From contig CAWELH010000010.1 in NCBI GenBank assembly GCA_963809925.1, forward strand, positions 261,387-325,386: a DNA stretch of 64,000 bases. Reading direction: 5' to 3'. The notes below the pieces were generated by a model that was not told where the DNA came from, did no database searches, and saw only the letters and a list, made by a program, of their open reading frames with translations. Positions 1-9,730 of this stretch are shown here, one piece after another. The number at the start of each line of letters is the position of its first letter. Position 1 is the stretch's first letter. A program made the translations under genes and the position numbers. The stretch comes from an uncultured Bacteroidales bacterium. Its GTDB lineage: Bacteria > Bacteroidota > Bacteroidia > Bacteroidales > GCA-2748055.

Positions 1-218
1 CTGAATTAAAAAGTCCCGGACATAGCGGTCCCTTACAGGTCATGTACCATCATCCATGAATTTTGTAAATTTCAGGAAAGCTATATCTTGCGCAAGGCAC
101 AGGCTTTTTCCTGGAAAACCTGTTTAAAAATATACATCAAATCGTAGGTATTTACCAAATTTGAACTGCCTGCCTGGAGGTTGTAAGGAACTATCTAAAC
201 AAAACGCCGCAATTCTCG

Positions 219-226
219 TATATTTG
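219..226 (+). promoter_or_regulatory. candidate -7 promoter box (TAnnTTTG type)
   Basis: TATATTTG ends 17 nt before the ATG at 244 and matches the TAnnTTTG -7 consensus known for Bacteroides-type promoters. No clear -33 TTTG is seen. Confidence 0.35.
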
Positions 227-243
227 TATCAAATTTGTGCAAT

Positions 244-1566
244 ATGATTGAAAAGATCCGCAAATTCATACAGGAAGGGCTCTGGAGAATACAACTTAAC
301 CAAACATCTAGAATCCGTTCTTTTCTGATTCGGCAACTCAGGATCATCATCCTTGCATTTAAAGGCTTTCTTGAGGACAGGGTTAGTCTTAGAGCTTCAG
401 CACTGACTTTTTATACTTTGCTTTCCGTAGTGCCCATTGTTGCCATGGCTTTCGGGGTGGCGAAAGGATTTGGTTTTCAGGCTACGATTGAAAATTTCAT
501 TATCAATAATTTCAAAGGACAAGAAGATGTAATGAATTACATCATCAAATTGTCCACCGATGTTCTCGAGGACGTGGAAGGAGGTTTGCTTGCTGGCATC
601 GGACTAATCGTTCTGATATGGTCTGTTATGCAGGTGCTGACAAATATTGAAAATTCATTAAATGCGATATGGCAAATCAAAAAGCCGAGGACATTTTTCC
701 GGAAAGTCAGTGATTACCTTTCAATCATGCTGATCAGCCCCCTGCTGATTATCCTTTCAAGCACCGTTATGGTGTTTATCTCGACGAAGGTTCAGGCTGC
801 ACAGGAGAACATAATCATCTTTCAGGCAGTGACCCCGTTTCTCCTGAATCTCATCAGGATCGTTCCCTATGCGCTGGTTTGGCTGCTCTTTACGCTTGTA
901 TATATTATCCTTCCTAACACGAAGGTTACTTTCCGCTATGCCCTCATAGCCGGCATCCTTGCCGGAACAGGTTTTCAGCTTGTTCAGTGGGCCTATATTC
1001 ATTTCCAGATCGGAGTTGCCAAATACAGCGCAATATATGGTACCTTCGCTGCACTTCCCCTTTTCCTTATATGGCTTCAGTTGAGCTGGCTGATCGTATT
1101 GCTGGGTGCTGAAATATCCTTCGCTTACCAAAATATTGAACAATATGAAAATGAAGCCGGATCACTGCATATCAGTACACAAAACAAACGCATTTTGTCA
1201 CTCGTCATCGTTCACCATATCATTAAAAACTTTGAAGTTGGAGGTGAACCTGAAACCAGTTCCATGATTAGCCAGAAACTTGAAATACCCATCCGGCTGG
1301 TCAGAGATATCCTGTTTGATCTTACCAAAGCATGCGTGTTGAATGAAACGGTAACGGATAGCCCGAGAGAAAAAGGATACCAGCCTGCTATCGACATTGA
1401 CAGAATCGATATCCAGTTTGTTTCTGAAAAACTGGATGCCATCGGAGCCGATCATATCATGTTGAAAGAATCGGTAGTCTATGAAAAACTGAGTGCTATC
1501 TATCAGACTATGGTTGCAAATATGAATGCATCACCTTCCAATATACGACTTAGAGATATTTCATAA
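244..1566 (+). CDS. YihY/BrkB family inner-membrane protein
   Basis: ORF track gives 235..1566 with a TTG start; the first ATG is at 244 (MIEKIRKF...). Multiple hydrophobic helices and YihY/'ribonuclease BN-like' sequence character, with a soluble C-terminal extension. Confidence 0.8.
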   Translation: MIEKIRKFIQEGLWRIQLNQTSRIRSFLIRQLRIIILAFKGFLEDRVSLRASALTFYTLLSVVPIVAMAFGVAKGFGFQATIENFIINNFKGQEDVMNYIIKLSTDVLEDVEGGLLAGIGLIVLIWSVMQVLTNIENSLNAIWQIKKPRTFFRKVSDYLSIMLISPLLIILSSTVMVFISTKVQAAQENIIIFQAVTPFLLNLIRIVPYALVWLLFTLVYIILPNTKVTFRYALIAGILAGTGFQLVQWAYIHFQIGVAKYSAIYGTFAALPLFLIWLQLSWLIVLLGAEISFAYQNIEQYENEAGSLHISTQNKRILSLVIVHHIIKNFEVGGEPETSSMISQKLEIPIRLVRDILFDLTKACVLNETVTDSPREKGYQPAIDIDRIDIQFVSEKLDAIGADHIMLKESVVYEKLSAIYQTMVANMNASPSNIRLRDIS

Positions 1567-1643
1567 AGAAATTAGATTAAATTTTGCCCTGTAATTTGAT
1601 AAATTAAAATTGAATCGTTAATATTGTCACAAATTTGATATCA

Positions 1644-1709
1644 ATGAGGCTTATTTCTGAATATACTGTTACCAGTCATCATCATCATGATCATGATGAA
1701 ATGGGATAG
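1644..1709 (+). CDS. his operon leader peptide (21 aa, MRLISEYTVTSHHHHDHDEMG)
   Basis: Hand translation: ATG at 1644, TAG at 1707-1709. Five His codons fall within seven consecutive codons (1677-1697). It lies directly upstream of a terminator hairpin and hisG. Confidence 0.7.
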   Translation: MRLISEYTVTSHHHHDHDEMG

Positions 1710-1742
1710 TATGCAGAAAATGTAAGCTCGGAAAATAATTTC

Positions 1743-1777
1743 AAAAAGGTTTGCAGATTCTGCAAGCCTTTTTTTTT
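1743..1777 (+). terminator. rho-independent terminator acting as the his attenuator
   Basis: AAAAAGGTTTGCAG (1743-1756) pairs with CTGCAAGCCTTTTT (1760-1773) with one G-U pair and a 3-nt loop, running into a 9-T tract (1769-1777). It ends 15 nt before the hisG ATG. Confidence 0.7.
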
Positions 1778-1791
1778 AAATCATACCTGAA

Positions 1792-2649
1792 ATGGAAAAG
1801 CTAAAAATTGCGGTACAGAAATCAGGCCGGCTAAGTGAGAAATCTTTGGAATTGATTAGGGAAGCAGGAATTGCCCTGAATAACGGGGAAAGAAAACTCA
1901 TCTCAGTCTCCTCAAATTTTCCACTGGAAATACTCTACCTGCGTGATGATGACATTCCTCAGTATGTCAACGATCGTGTAGCCGATATCGGAATCGTAGG
2001 GGAGAATGTTATTCTTGAAAAACCTAGTGAAGTTGAGATTGTTTACCGACTGGGTTTTGCAAGATGTCACCTGTCGCTGGCAGTGCCGAAAAATATTGAA
2101 TATACCGGAACATCCTGGTTTGAGGGAAAAAAAATTGCCACCTCATACCCCGGCATCCTTAAAAAATTTCTCGAAGAGGAGAAGGTGAATGCAGAAATCC
2201 ATGTGATTAGCGGATCCGTGGAGATCGCACCGGGAATTGGTCTGGCAGACGCAATATTTGATATCGTAAGTACCGGAAGTACACTGATCAGTAACGGTCT
2301 TATGGAAGTTGAGACTGTGGCAGACTCTGAAGCAGTGATGATCGCCACTCCGCAACTGAATCAGGGTAAAATGGAGATCCTGGAGCAATTGATATTCCGC
2401 ATAAAATCAGTACGGGCGGCACGTAGTAATAAATATATTCTGCTGAATGCACCGAATAAGAACCTTGATAAGATTATCTCCGTCATTCCGGGGATGAAAA
2501 GTCCCACTGTCATGCCACTTGCCGAGGAAGGTTGGAGCTCGGTGCATTCTGTTTTGAAGGAAAATGATTTCTGGGAAGTGATCGATCAGCTCAAGGATCT
2601 GGGCGCCCAGGGAATACTCGTTGTACCTATAGAAAAGATGATCATTTAA
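1792..2649 (+). CDS. hisG: ATP phosphoribosyltransferase, long form
   Basis: 285-aa ORF with HisG-type sequence including a C-terminal regulatory domain. First gene of a his cluster. Confidence 0.93.
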   Translation: MEKLKIAVQKSGRLSEKSLELIREAGIALNNGERKLISVSSNFPLEILYLRDDDIPQYVNDRVADIGIVGENVILEKPSEVEIVYRLGFARCHLSLAVPKNIEYTGTSWFEGKKIATSYPGILKKFLEEEKVNAEIHVISGSVEIAPGIGLADAIFDIVSTGSTLISNGLMEVETVADSEAVMIATPQLNQGKMEILEQLIFRIKSVRAARSNKYILLNAPNKNLDKIISVIPGMKSPTVMPLAEEGWSSVHSVLKENDFWEVIDQLKDLGAQGILVVPIEKMII

Positions 2650-2668
2650 TAATCTAATTTCTGAATAC

Positions 2669-3964
2669 ATGAACATAATTAAGAATCCCGGTAAGGAACT
2701 CTGGAGTACATTATTGGAGAGGCCTGCTATTGATTTTGAGTCGTTGATGAATTCTGTTTCTGAGATCCTGGGGGACGTTAAGAAACGTGGTGACCAGGCG
2801 TTGATAGACTATACCGTGAAGTTCGATAAGGTGAAACTTGTGGATCTTGCGGTTACCGAGGTGGAGCTGACATTTGCCAAACACGAAATCGATGATGATC
2901 TGAAGAAAGCCATCGGAGTAGCCAGGTCAAACATTGAGCAATTTCATGCAGCACAAAAGCATTCAACAGTAAACGTTGAAACGACCCCAGGTGTAAAATG
3001 TTGGCAAAAAACACTTCCTATTGAAAAGGTCGGCTTGTACATACCTGGTGGTACTGCACCGTTGCTTTCAACGGTACTTATGCTGGGTATTCCGGCAAAA
3101 ATGGCGGGTTGCAGGGAGATTGTGCTTTGCACTCCACCCGATAAACAAGGGAAAATACATCCCGCCATCCTCTATGTCGCAGATATTCTTGGGATCTCTA
3201 AAGTTTTCAAAATAGGCGGAGCGCAGGCAATTGCCGCCATGGCATACGGTACGGAATCAGTACCACAGGTTTATAAGATATTCGGTCCCGGCAACCAGTA
3301 TGTTCAGGCAGCCAAAATGAAGGTAAGTCTGGAAAAGACCGCCATTGACATGCCTGCCGGCCCTTCCGAGGTGGCTGTTATGGCTGACGATAGCAGCGAT
3401 GCATCTTTCGTGGCTTCCGATCTCCTTTCCCAGGCTGAGCATGGTGTCGACAGCCAGGTACTCCTTGTAACTACATCCTCTGCACTGATTGAAAAGGTAC
3501 AGCTTGAACTCGACAAACAACTTAAAAATCTCCCAAGAAAGGATATCGCCGGTAAGGCCCTTGACAACAGTAAGATTATTCTGATGAATGATGAGGATGA
3601 TATGGTAGAACTCATAAATGAATATGCTCCGGAACACTTGATCATCGTTACGAAGAATTATAGGGCACTGGCGGACAGGATTATCAATGCAGGATCTGTT
3701 TTCCTTGGCGGATTTTCTCCGGAAAGTGCCGGCGACTATGCGTCAGGAACCAACCATACTCTACCTACTAATGGGACCGCCAAAGCATACAGCGGAGTCA
3801 ACCTCGACAGTTTTACCAAAAAGCTCACCTTTCAGGAACTTACCGAATACGGATTGTTCAATATTGGACCTTCAGTTGAAAAGATGGCCGAAGCGGAACA
3901 CCTGGAAGCACATAAAAATGCAGTAAGACTCAGAGTGACAAAAGTGGCAAACAACTATAAGTAA
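2669..3964 (+). CDS. hisD: histidinol dehydrogenase
   Basis: 431-aa ORF with HisD-like sequence (…SQAEHG…, …DYASGTNHTLPT…). Its stop overlaps the hisC start (TAATG). Confidence 0.95.
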   Translation: MNIIKNPGKELWSTLLERPAIDFESLMNSVSEILGDVKKRGDQALIDYTVKFDKVKLVDLAVTEVELTFAKHEIDDDLKKAIGVARSNIEQFHAAQKHSTVNVETTPGVKCWQKTLPIEKVGLYIPGGTAPLLSTVLMLGIPAKMAGCREIVLCTPPDKQGKIHPAILYVADILGISKVFKIGGAQAIAAMAYGTESVPQVYKIFGPGNQYVQAAKMKVSLEKTAIDMPAGPSEVAVMADDSSDASFVASDLLSQAEHGVDSQVLLVTTSSALIEKVQLELDKQLKNLPRKDIAGKALDNSKIILMNDEDDMVELINEYAPEHLIIVTKNYRALADRIINAGSVFLGGFSPESAGDYASGTNHTLPTNGTAKAYSGVNLDSFTKKLTFQELTEYGLFNIGPSVEKMAEAEHLEAHKNAVRLRVTKVANNYK

Positions 3965-5004
3965 TGGATTTTGATCTTACAAAACTTATCCGGTCGAATA
4001 TTGCCGGCCTGATGCCTTATTCTTCAGCAAGAGACGAATATACGGGTAATGATGCCGTGTTGTTGGATGCAAACGAAAATCCGTACAACCAGCCTTATAA
4101 CCGATATCCGGATCCCCACCAGCGAAGACTTAAGGAAATAATTTCAGGCTTGTACAATATCGGTACAGAAAGTATCTTCCTTGGTAATGGCAGCGATGAA
4201 GCCATTGATTTGCTCTTTCGGGCATTTTGTGTGCCGGGAAGGGACCAGGTCATTGCCATAGATCCATCCTACGGTATGTACGAAGTGTCGGCCGGAATAA
4301 ATGACGTCCACATAGTTAAGGTTCTGCTCAATGATGACTTCAGCCTTAATACTGAAGCTATCATCAAAGCAACCGGACCATCGGTAAAAATGATCTTTCT
4401 TTGCTCTCCCAACAACCCGACATCCAATCTGCTGGATGAAGAAGCCATGATCAGGATCGCTGCTAATTTTAGCGGCCTGCTCATTGTCGATGAAGCATAC
4501 ATCGATTTCGCGGGAAGCAACGGCATGTTGGAACACTTGGGAGGCCTTGAAAACCTGGTTGTGCTGCGGACTCTCTCCAAAGCGTGGGGACTTGCCGGAA
4601 TACGTCTCGGCATGGCCTTTGCAGCACCGGATATCATTCGTATCCTGGATAAAATAAAGTACCCGTATAATATCAATGTACTCACTCAGGAATACGCCAT
4701 GTCTTTCCTGGACGATCCGGAGCAGAAAGAAATGTGGGTCCGCGAAATCATAAGGCAAAGGATAAGGCTTGAAACCGAATTCATTACATATCCATTCGTT
4801 CGGCATATTTTTCATTCCGATGCAAATTTTCTCCTGGTACGGGTTGAACGGCCATTGGAACTATACAACTATCTCAGAGACGCAAAGGTGATTGTGCGTG
4901 ACCGCTCCAGAGCTCATCTGTGCGATGGCTGCCTCAGGGTCACCGTTGGCACACCGGAGGAAAATGACAAACTATTAAACCTGCTGAAAAAATTCCCGGC
5001 TTAA
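3964..5004 (+). CDS. hisC: histidinol-phosphate aminotransferase
   Basis: 346-aa class-II aminotransferase sequence (…RTLSKAWGLAGIRLG… PLP-lysine region) in his operon context. Confidence 0.93.
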   Translation: MDFDLTKLIRSNIAGLMPYSSARDEYTGNDAVLLDANENPYNQPYNRYPDPHQRRLKEIISGLYNIGTESIFLGNGSDEAIDLLFRAFCVPGRDQVIAIDPSYGMYEVSAGINDVHIVKVLLNDDFSLNTEAIIKATGPSVKMIFLCSPNNPTSNLLDEEAMIRIAANFSGLLIVDEAYIDFAGSNGMLEHLGGLENLVVLRTLSKAWGLAGIRLGMAFAAPDIIRILDKIKYPYNINVLTQEYAMSFLDDPEQKEMWVREIIRQRIRLETEFITYPFVRHIFHSDANFLLVRVERPLELYNYLRDAKVIVRDRSRAHLCDGCLRVTVGTPEENDKLLNLLKKFPA

Positions 5005-5050
5005 AACGGGTTGAGTATCTGAAAATCGGCATCTGCCCAATATTTGAACT

Positions 5051-6175
5051 ATGAAAAAAGTATTGTTTATCGACAGAGACGGCACGCTGATCGTCGAACC
5101 GCCTAAAGACTATCAGGTCGACAGTCTCGATAAACTTGAGTTTGTGCCGGGTGTATTTCGGAATCTTTACAGGATCAGGCATTTTCTCGATTATGAACTC
5201 GTTATTGTCAGTAATCAGGATGGCATGGGGAGCAAACGTTTTCCATACGAACAGTTTATCGGTCCGCATGAAAAATTTCTTCAGGCCTTTAAAAATGAAG
5301 ATGTAATTTTCGACGATATCCTCATTGACACCTCGATGCCGGAAGAAAATGCCCCGACGAGGAAGCCCCGAACCGGTCTTCTGGAGAAATATACAAACGG
5401 TAGTTATGATCTTGCTTCTTCATATGTGGTCGGCGACCGGATAACCGATATAGAACTGGCTGCAAACCTGTCGGCGAAGGCAATATTCTTTGGCAGTCCT
5501 TCAATGTCTTCGGAAATTGAAAGTGCCGGTTTATCAAAGCGTTGTGCATTGATCACACAATCCTGGGATAAGATATGGGAATTTCTTTCGGTACCGCCAA
5601 GAGTCTCCTCAATCCTAAGAAATACTAAGGAGACACAAATAAGTATAACCCTTAACCTGGACGGGAGTGGAATGTCAGGCATTTCAACAGGACTCGGATT
5701 TTTCGATCATATGTTGGAGCAGATTCCAAAGCATGCAGGCATCGATCTCGAACTTGTAACGGATGGTGACCTTGAGGTTGATGAACATCATACTATTGAA
5801 GATACAGCCATTGCTCTAGGAGAAGCTTTTCATAAAGCCCTTGGAGATAAAAAAGGAATTATGCGCTATGGTTTTTTGCTACCGATGGATGACAGCCTCG
5901 CCCAGGTCGCCGTTGATTTCGGAGGCCGGAGCTGGCTGGTGTGGGATGCAGAGTTTAAACGTGAAAAAATCGGTGACGTTCCAACTGAATTGTTCTACCA
6001 CTTTTTCAAATCCTTCACTGATGCAGCTCATTGTAACCTGAATATCAAGGTAGAAGGAGACAATGAGCATCATAAGATCGAAGCTATTTTTAAAGCATTT
6101 GCAAGAGCCGTGAAAATGGCCATAAAGAAAGATCCTTTTGATAACTCGCTTCCAAGCACAAAGGGAGTTTTATAA
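5051..6175 (+). CDS. hisB: bifunctional histidinol-phosphatase / imidazoleglycerol-phosphate dehydratase
   Basis: 374 aa. The N-terminus has the HAD motif (FIDRDGTLI) and the C-terminus has IGPD sequence (…[14 protein letters not shown]…). Confidence 0.93.
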   Translation: MKKVLFIDRDGTLIVEPPKDYQVDSLDKLEFVPGVFRNLYRIRHFLDYELVIVSNQDGMGSKRFPYEQFIGPHEKFLQAFKNEDVIFDDILIDTSMPEENAPTRKPRTGLLEKYTNGSYDLASSYVVGDRITDIELAANLSAKAIFFGSPSMSSEIESAGLSKRCALITQSWDKIWEFLSVPPRVSSILRNTKETQISITLNLDGSGMSGISTGLGFFDHMLEQIPKHAGIDLELVTDGDLEVDEHHTIEDTAIALGEAFHKALGDKKGIMRYGFLLPMDDSLAQVAVDFGGRSWLVWDAEFKREKIGDVPTELFYHFFKSFTDAAHCNLNIKVEGDNEHHKIEAIFKAFARAVKMAIKKDPFDNSLPSTKGVL

Positions 6176-6176
6176 A

Positions 6177-6758
6177 ATGAACATCGCGATAATAAAATAT
6201 AACGCAGGAAACATCATGTCAGTCAGGCATGCCCTGGGACGTCTTGGTTATGAAGCACGTGTGACCGGTGACCCTGAATTTATCAGGAAGGCAGACAGGG
6301 TTATATTTCCAGGCGTGGGAGAAGCCTCCACTACCATGGCTTTCCTGAGGAAACATGGTTTCGACGAGCTTATCAGGGGACTGGAGCAGCCCGTGCTGGG
6401 TATCTGCCTGGGTCAACAGCTGATGTGCTCGCATTCCGATGAAGGCGACACCGGATGCATCGGCATCTTTGATACCGGTGTCAGAAAATTTGAACCGGTT
6501 TTGAACGTTCCACATATGGGATGGAATGATCTTACGCATACTAAAGGGAAACTTTTAAAAGGCATTCCCGCAAACAGTTATGTGTATTTTGTTCACAGCT
6601 ATTATGTACCGGTGTGTGAATTTACTGTCGCTGAATGTAATTATATCGTTCCGTTCAGCGCCGCACTTGAAAAAAATAACTTCTTTGCTACACAGTTTCA
6701 CCCTGAAAAGAGTGGAGCCATTGGACAAAAAATTCTGGAAAACTTTATAAATCTCTGA
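6177..6758 (+). CDS. hisH: imidazole glycerol phosphate synthase, glutamine amidotransferase subunit
   Basis: ORF track starts at 6138, but the ATG at 6177 (MNIAIIKYNAGN…) follows the hisB stop by 1 nt. GATase-1 sequence (…GICLGQQL…, …FHPEKS…). Confidence 0.92.
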   Translation: MNIAIIKYNAGNIMSVRHALGRLGYEARVTGDPEFIRKADRVIFPGVGEASTTMAFLRKHGFDELIRGLEQPVLGICLGQQLMCSHSDEGDTGCIGIFDTGVRKFEPVLNVPHMGWNDLTHTKGKLLKGIPANSYVYFVHSYYVPVCEFTVAECNYIVPFSAALEKNNFFATQFHPEKSGAIGQKILENFINL

Positions 6759-7480
6759 TGGAAATTATTCCGGCAATTGATATTATCGATGGCAAATGCG
6801 TCAGACTGAGAAAGGGAGACTACAACACCAAAAAAGTGTACAACGAAAATCCACTGGAAGTTGCACTGATGTTTGAGTCCTGGGGTATAAAGCGCCTGCA
6901 TCTTGTAGATCTGGACGGGGCTAAAGCAGGCCATATTGTGAACCATCACGTACTGGAAGCCATTGCTTTGAAAACAGCCCTGGAGATTGATTTTGGAGGG
7001 GGAATCAAGACCCGCAAGGACCTGGAAACTGCTTTTAACAGTGGAGCCGAAATGGTAACCGGAGGCAGTATTGCCGTCAGGGATCAGGATATGTTCCTGT
7101 CATGGTTGGATGAATACGGCCCTGAAAAAATTATCCTTGGCGCCGATCACCGGGATCAGAAAATCTCGGTGACAGGCTGGACAGAAGACAGTGGTCAGGA
7201 TCTGTTTGGCTTTGTCGGTTTCTATGTCAACCAGGGCATTGAAAAGGTAATATGCACGAATATTAACTTCGATGGCATGATGGACGGCCCTGATTTAGAA
7301 AATTACACATCACTCCTTAAGAAGTTCAAAGGTCTGTATCTCATTGCCAGCGGGGGTGTAGGCGATATTATCGACCTGGACGCACTGGAAAATGCCGGGA
7401 TACCTGCCGTTATCATAGGTAAAGCTATTTACGAAGGGAGTATATCGGAGGAAGAGATTCAGACCTTCTTAATTGACTAA
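6758..7480 (+). CDS. hisA: ProFAR isomerase
   Basis: 240 aa with HisA-type sequence (IIPAIDIIDGKCVRL…). The start overlaps the hisH stop (TGATG). Confidence 0.93.
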   Translation: MEIIPAIDIIDGKCVRLRKGDYNTKKVYNENPLEVALMFESWGIKRLHLVDLDGAKAGHIVNHHVLEAIALKTALEIDFGGGIKTRKDLETAFNSGAEMVTGGSIAVRDQDMFLSWLDEYGPEKIILGADHRDQKISVTGWTEDSGQDLFGFVGFYVNQGIEKVICTNINFDGMMDGPDLENYTSLLKKFKGLYLIASGGVGDIIDLDALENAGIPAVIIGKAIYEGSISEEEIQTFLID

Positions 7481-7483
7481 AAT

Positions 7484-8239
7484 ATGTTGGCCAAACGAAT
7501 TATTCCCTGCCTTGATATCAGGGACGGAAAAACAGTGAAAGGGATTAATTTTCTTGATGTACAGGACGTTGGCGATCCTGTGGAACTGGGTGCAAAATAT
7601 GCACGGGAGGGCGCTGACGAACTTGTTTACCTGGATATCACAGCAACCTTTGAGAAACGAAAACTATTTGCCGACCTGGTCAAACGTATCGCAGAACATC
7701 TTAATATTCCTTTTACGGTTGGCGGAGGGATTAATGAGATTGAAGATGCCGACCGTTTGCTAAGCGCAGGTGCTGATAAGATATCTATAAATTCTTCCGC
7801 CGTAAGGAAGCCGGAGCTGATCGAACAGATTGCCAGGGGGTATGGCAGCCAGTTTGTTGTGGTGGCGATCGATGCGCTGCAGGAAGAGGATGGCAATTGG
7901 TGGGTGTATGTAAATGGAGGCCGCATAAAAACAGATAAGGAACTCTTTTCATGGGCAGCCGAAGCCCAGGATCGGGGTGCCGGTGAAATTCTCTTTACGT
8001 CAATGAATCACGACGGGACGAAAAACGGCTACGCAAACTATGCCCTCGCAACCTTGTCGGATAAACTGTCCATACCGGTCATCGCCAGTGGTGGAGCGGG
8101 AAAGAGGGAACACTTTGTTGATGTATTCACTACAGGACGCGCAGATGCTGCCCTTGCAGCCAGCATATTTCATTATAATGAAATTCCGGTAGGGGAATTG
8201 AAGGAATACCTGCGAAAACTGAATATTATTGTAAGATAA
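7484..8239 (+). CDS. hisF: imidazole glycerol phosphate synthase, cyclase subunit
   Basis: 251 aa with HisF-type sequence (RIIPCLDI…, …GGAG…). Confidence 0.95.
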   Translation: MLAKRIIPCLDIRDGKTVKGINFLDVQDVGDPVELGAKYAREGADELVYLDITATFEKRKLFADLVKRIAEHLNIPFTVGGGINEIEDADRLLSAGADKISINSSAVRKPELIEQIARGYGSQFVVVAIDALQEEDGNWWVYVNGGRIKTDKELFSWAAEAQDRGAGEILFTSMNHDGTKNGYANYALATLSDKLSIPVIASGGAGKREHFVDVFTTGRADAALAASIFHYNEIPVGELKEYLRKLNIIVR

Positions 8240-8250
8240 ACTTGCCGATT

Positions 8251-8847
8251 ATGGAACTAGATTTTGCCAAAATGCAGGGACTGATACCTGCAGTAATTCA
8301 GGATGAAGCTACGGGGAAGGTCCTAATGCTGGGCTTTATGAATGAAGAAGCATATAATAAAACAGTTGAAAGTGGCCTGGTAACCTTTTTCAGCAGAACG
8401 AAAAACAGACTTTGGACCAAAGGTGAGGAGAGCGGTAATCATCTTGTGGTTAAGGAGGTGATCCCTGACTGTGACAGGGATACACTTCTCATCAAGGCTA
8501 CACCCAAAGGGCCGGTCTGCCACACCGGTAGTGATACATGCTTCGATGAGGTGAATGCAGGCCGCGATCTTCAGTTCCTGGGGTATCTGCAGGATCTCAT
8601 TGACCAGAGGAAGTCGGAGATGCCGGAAGGCTCATATACGACACGTCTGTTTAACAAAGGCATAAATAAAATAGCTCAGAAAGTGGGAGAGGAAGCTGTT
8701 GAGTTGGTGATTGAAGCTATGGACAACAATGACGTTCTCTTCCTCAATGAAGCCGCTGATTTGGTCTATCATCTGCTTGTACTTCTTTCTGCAAGGAATT
8801 ACGGTCTGCATGATGTTGTCAAAATCCTGGAGGAAAGGCATAAGTAG
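8251..8847 (+). CDS. hisI: bifunctional phosphoribosyl-AMP cyclohydrolase / phosphoribosyl-ATP pyrophosphatase
   Basis: ORF track starts at a TTG at 8242; the first ATG is at 8251 (MELDFAKMQGLIPAVIQD…). HisI N-half and HisE C-half are both recognisable. Confidence 0.9.
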   Translation: MELDFAKMQGLIPAVIQDEATGKVLMLGFMNEEAYNKTVESGLVTFFSRTKNRLWTKGEESGNHLVVKEVIPDCDRDTLLIKATPKGPVCHTGSDTCFDEVNAGRDLQFLGYLQDLIDQRKSEMPEGSYTTRLFNKGINKIAQKVGEEAVELVIEAMDNNDVLFLNEAADLVYHLLVLLSARNYGLHDVVKILEERHK

Positions 8848-8853
8848 GGAGAA

Positions 8854-8888
8854 GTGATCCGCCTACGCTGAAGCTCCGGCGGACGCGG
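8854..8888 (-). repeat. 35-nt repeat module, inverted copy
   Basis: The reverse complement (CCGCGTCCGCCGGAGCTTCAGCGTAGGCGGATCAC) matches 9163-9197 at 30/35 positions by hand alignment and aligns without gaps to 9519-9553. Confidence 0.75.
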
Positions 8889-8890
8889 GG

Positions 8891-8938
8891 GAGTGATGGG
8901 GTGATGAAGTTAGGGAGTTAGGGAGTGAAGAGAGGGAA
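8891..8938 (-). repeat. 8-bp-period tandem array, G-rich orientation (6 units)
   Basis: Units are GAGTGATG GGGTGATG AAGTTAGG GAGTTAGG GAGTGAAG AGAGGGAA. These are reverse complements of the CATCAC- and CCTAAC-type octamers seen at 9731-9818, 43577-43854 and 49340-49580. Confidence 0.85.
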
Positions 8939-9153
8939 AGATTTTAGGACCGCTCAATAATTCACCAAACTGCGTCCGCTGGAACTTGCGCCACTGCTAA
9001 ATCTAAGGCTGATTAAAAAATCAACAAATCAATAAATAATTGATGCGGGTCGTAAGTGTTTGTAGAAACGATTCTTCCATGCCGGAGGCATTCACCAATA
9101 TTAGCCGTGGTTTTGCCCATGGAGAGGATAAGGTTCTATAGCTCACTTTTGAA

Positions 9154-9267
9154 TTCACCAAACCGCGTCCGCCGGAGCTTAAGCGATGTTGGATCACCAA
9201 ACCCCCTTCGACAAGCTCAGGGACCGGACGTATTTTTTTCTATCGGATGATTATTTCGACACTGGTT
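9154..9267 (+). repeat. long repeat unit, copy 1 (TTCACCAAAC + 35-nt module + 70-nt core)
   Basis: The 70-nt core at 9198-9267 (CAAACCCCCTTCGACAAGCTCAGGGACCGG…CTGGTT) is a diverged copy of the cores at 9554-9623 and 9647-9716. Confidence 0.8.
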
Positions 9268-9509
9268 TTGGATTGTGCCCTTACAATATTGTTCTTATAT
9301 ACGTATATGTAGGGGATCCCACCCCCCGCCCACCACCCTTAATGCTCCGAAAGAACAATTCTCAGCTACCGCCTATCATGTTATAAAGCAGAGCGCAGAA
9401 ATTATTTTTCTAGTCAAATTGGGTTCCCCCGTGCCCCCCAATTAAACCTTAATGTGAAATACGACTGAATATCAGCCAGGACAAATTTGTTTTTTTCGAA
9501 CATCCTCGA

Positions 9510-9623
9510 TTCACCAAACTGAGTCCTCCGTAACTTCAGCGGAGGTGGATCGCCAAACCCCCTTCGGCAAGCTCAGGGACCGGATGTAATTTTCTCCGTT
9601 GCATGATTGATTCGAGGCTGGTT
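9510..9623 (+). repeat. long repeat unit, copy 2
   Basis: Same architecture as copy 1. Its core at 9554-9623 differs from the core at 9647-9716 at only 2 of 70 positions by hand alignment. Confidence 0.85.
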
Positions 9624-9640
9624 CTTTAGATCACTCTTCA

Positions 9641-9716
9641 AATCAACAAACCCCCTTCGGCAAGCTCAGGGATCGGATGTAATTTTCTTCGTTGCATGAT
9701 TGATTCGAGGCTGGTT
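9641..9716 (+). repeat. long repeat unit, copy 3 (truncated, lacks the 35-nt module)
   Basis: AATCAACAAAC followed by the 70-nt core at 9647-9716, in tandem with copy 2 (93-bp offset). Confidence 0.85.
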
Positions 9717-9730
9717 TAGATTATGCCTCA

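Noticed and set aside
1-43. Possible 5' end of a minus-strand gene running off the left edge (ATG at 41-43, reading MTCKGPLCPGLFNS…).
   Set aside because: Only 14 codons are visible, other nearby ATGs terminate immediately, and no homology is recognisable.
4144-4815. Long antisense ORFs in the track, e.g. 4144..4815 (-), 9940..10629 (+), 12331..12915 (+), 20241..20762 (-), 20563..21099 (-), 54982..55470 (-), 44350..44946 (-).
   Set aside because: Each lies entirely inside, and antisense to, a gene with strong recognisable homology. Their translations are low-complexity or Ser/Arg/Leu-rich, as expected for shadow frames.
8907-8938. Telomere-like TTAGGG/CCCTAA hexamers and G-quadruplex potential in the CTCCCTAA arrays.
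   Set aside because: GGG runs are few, and several loops exceed canonical G4 limits. Most units are CTTCCTAA (GG only). The telomere resemblance is probably coincidental in a bacterial chromosome.
9056-9386. ORFs 9056..9250 and 9186..9386 (+) inside the repeat region.
   Set aside because: They run through the repeated 35-nt and 70-nt modules and C-rich tracts. They overlap each other in different frames and have no protein-like composition.
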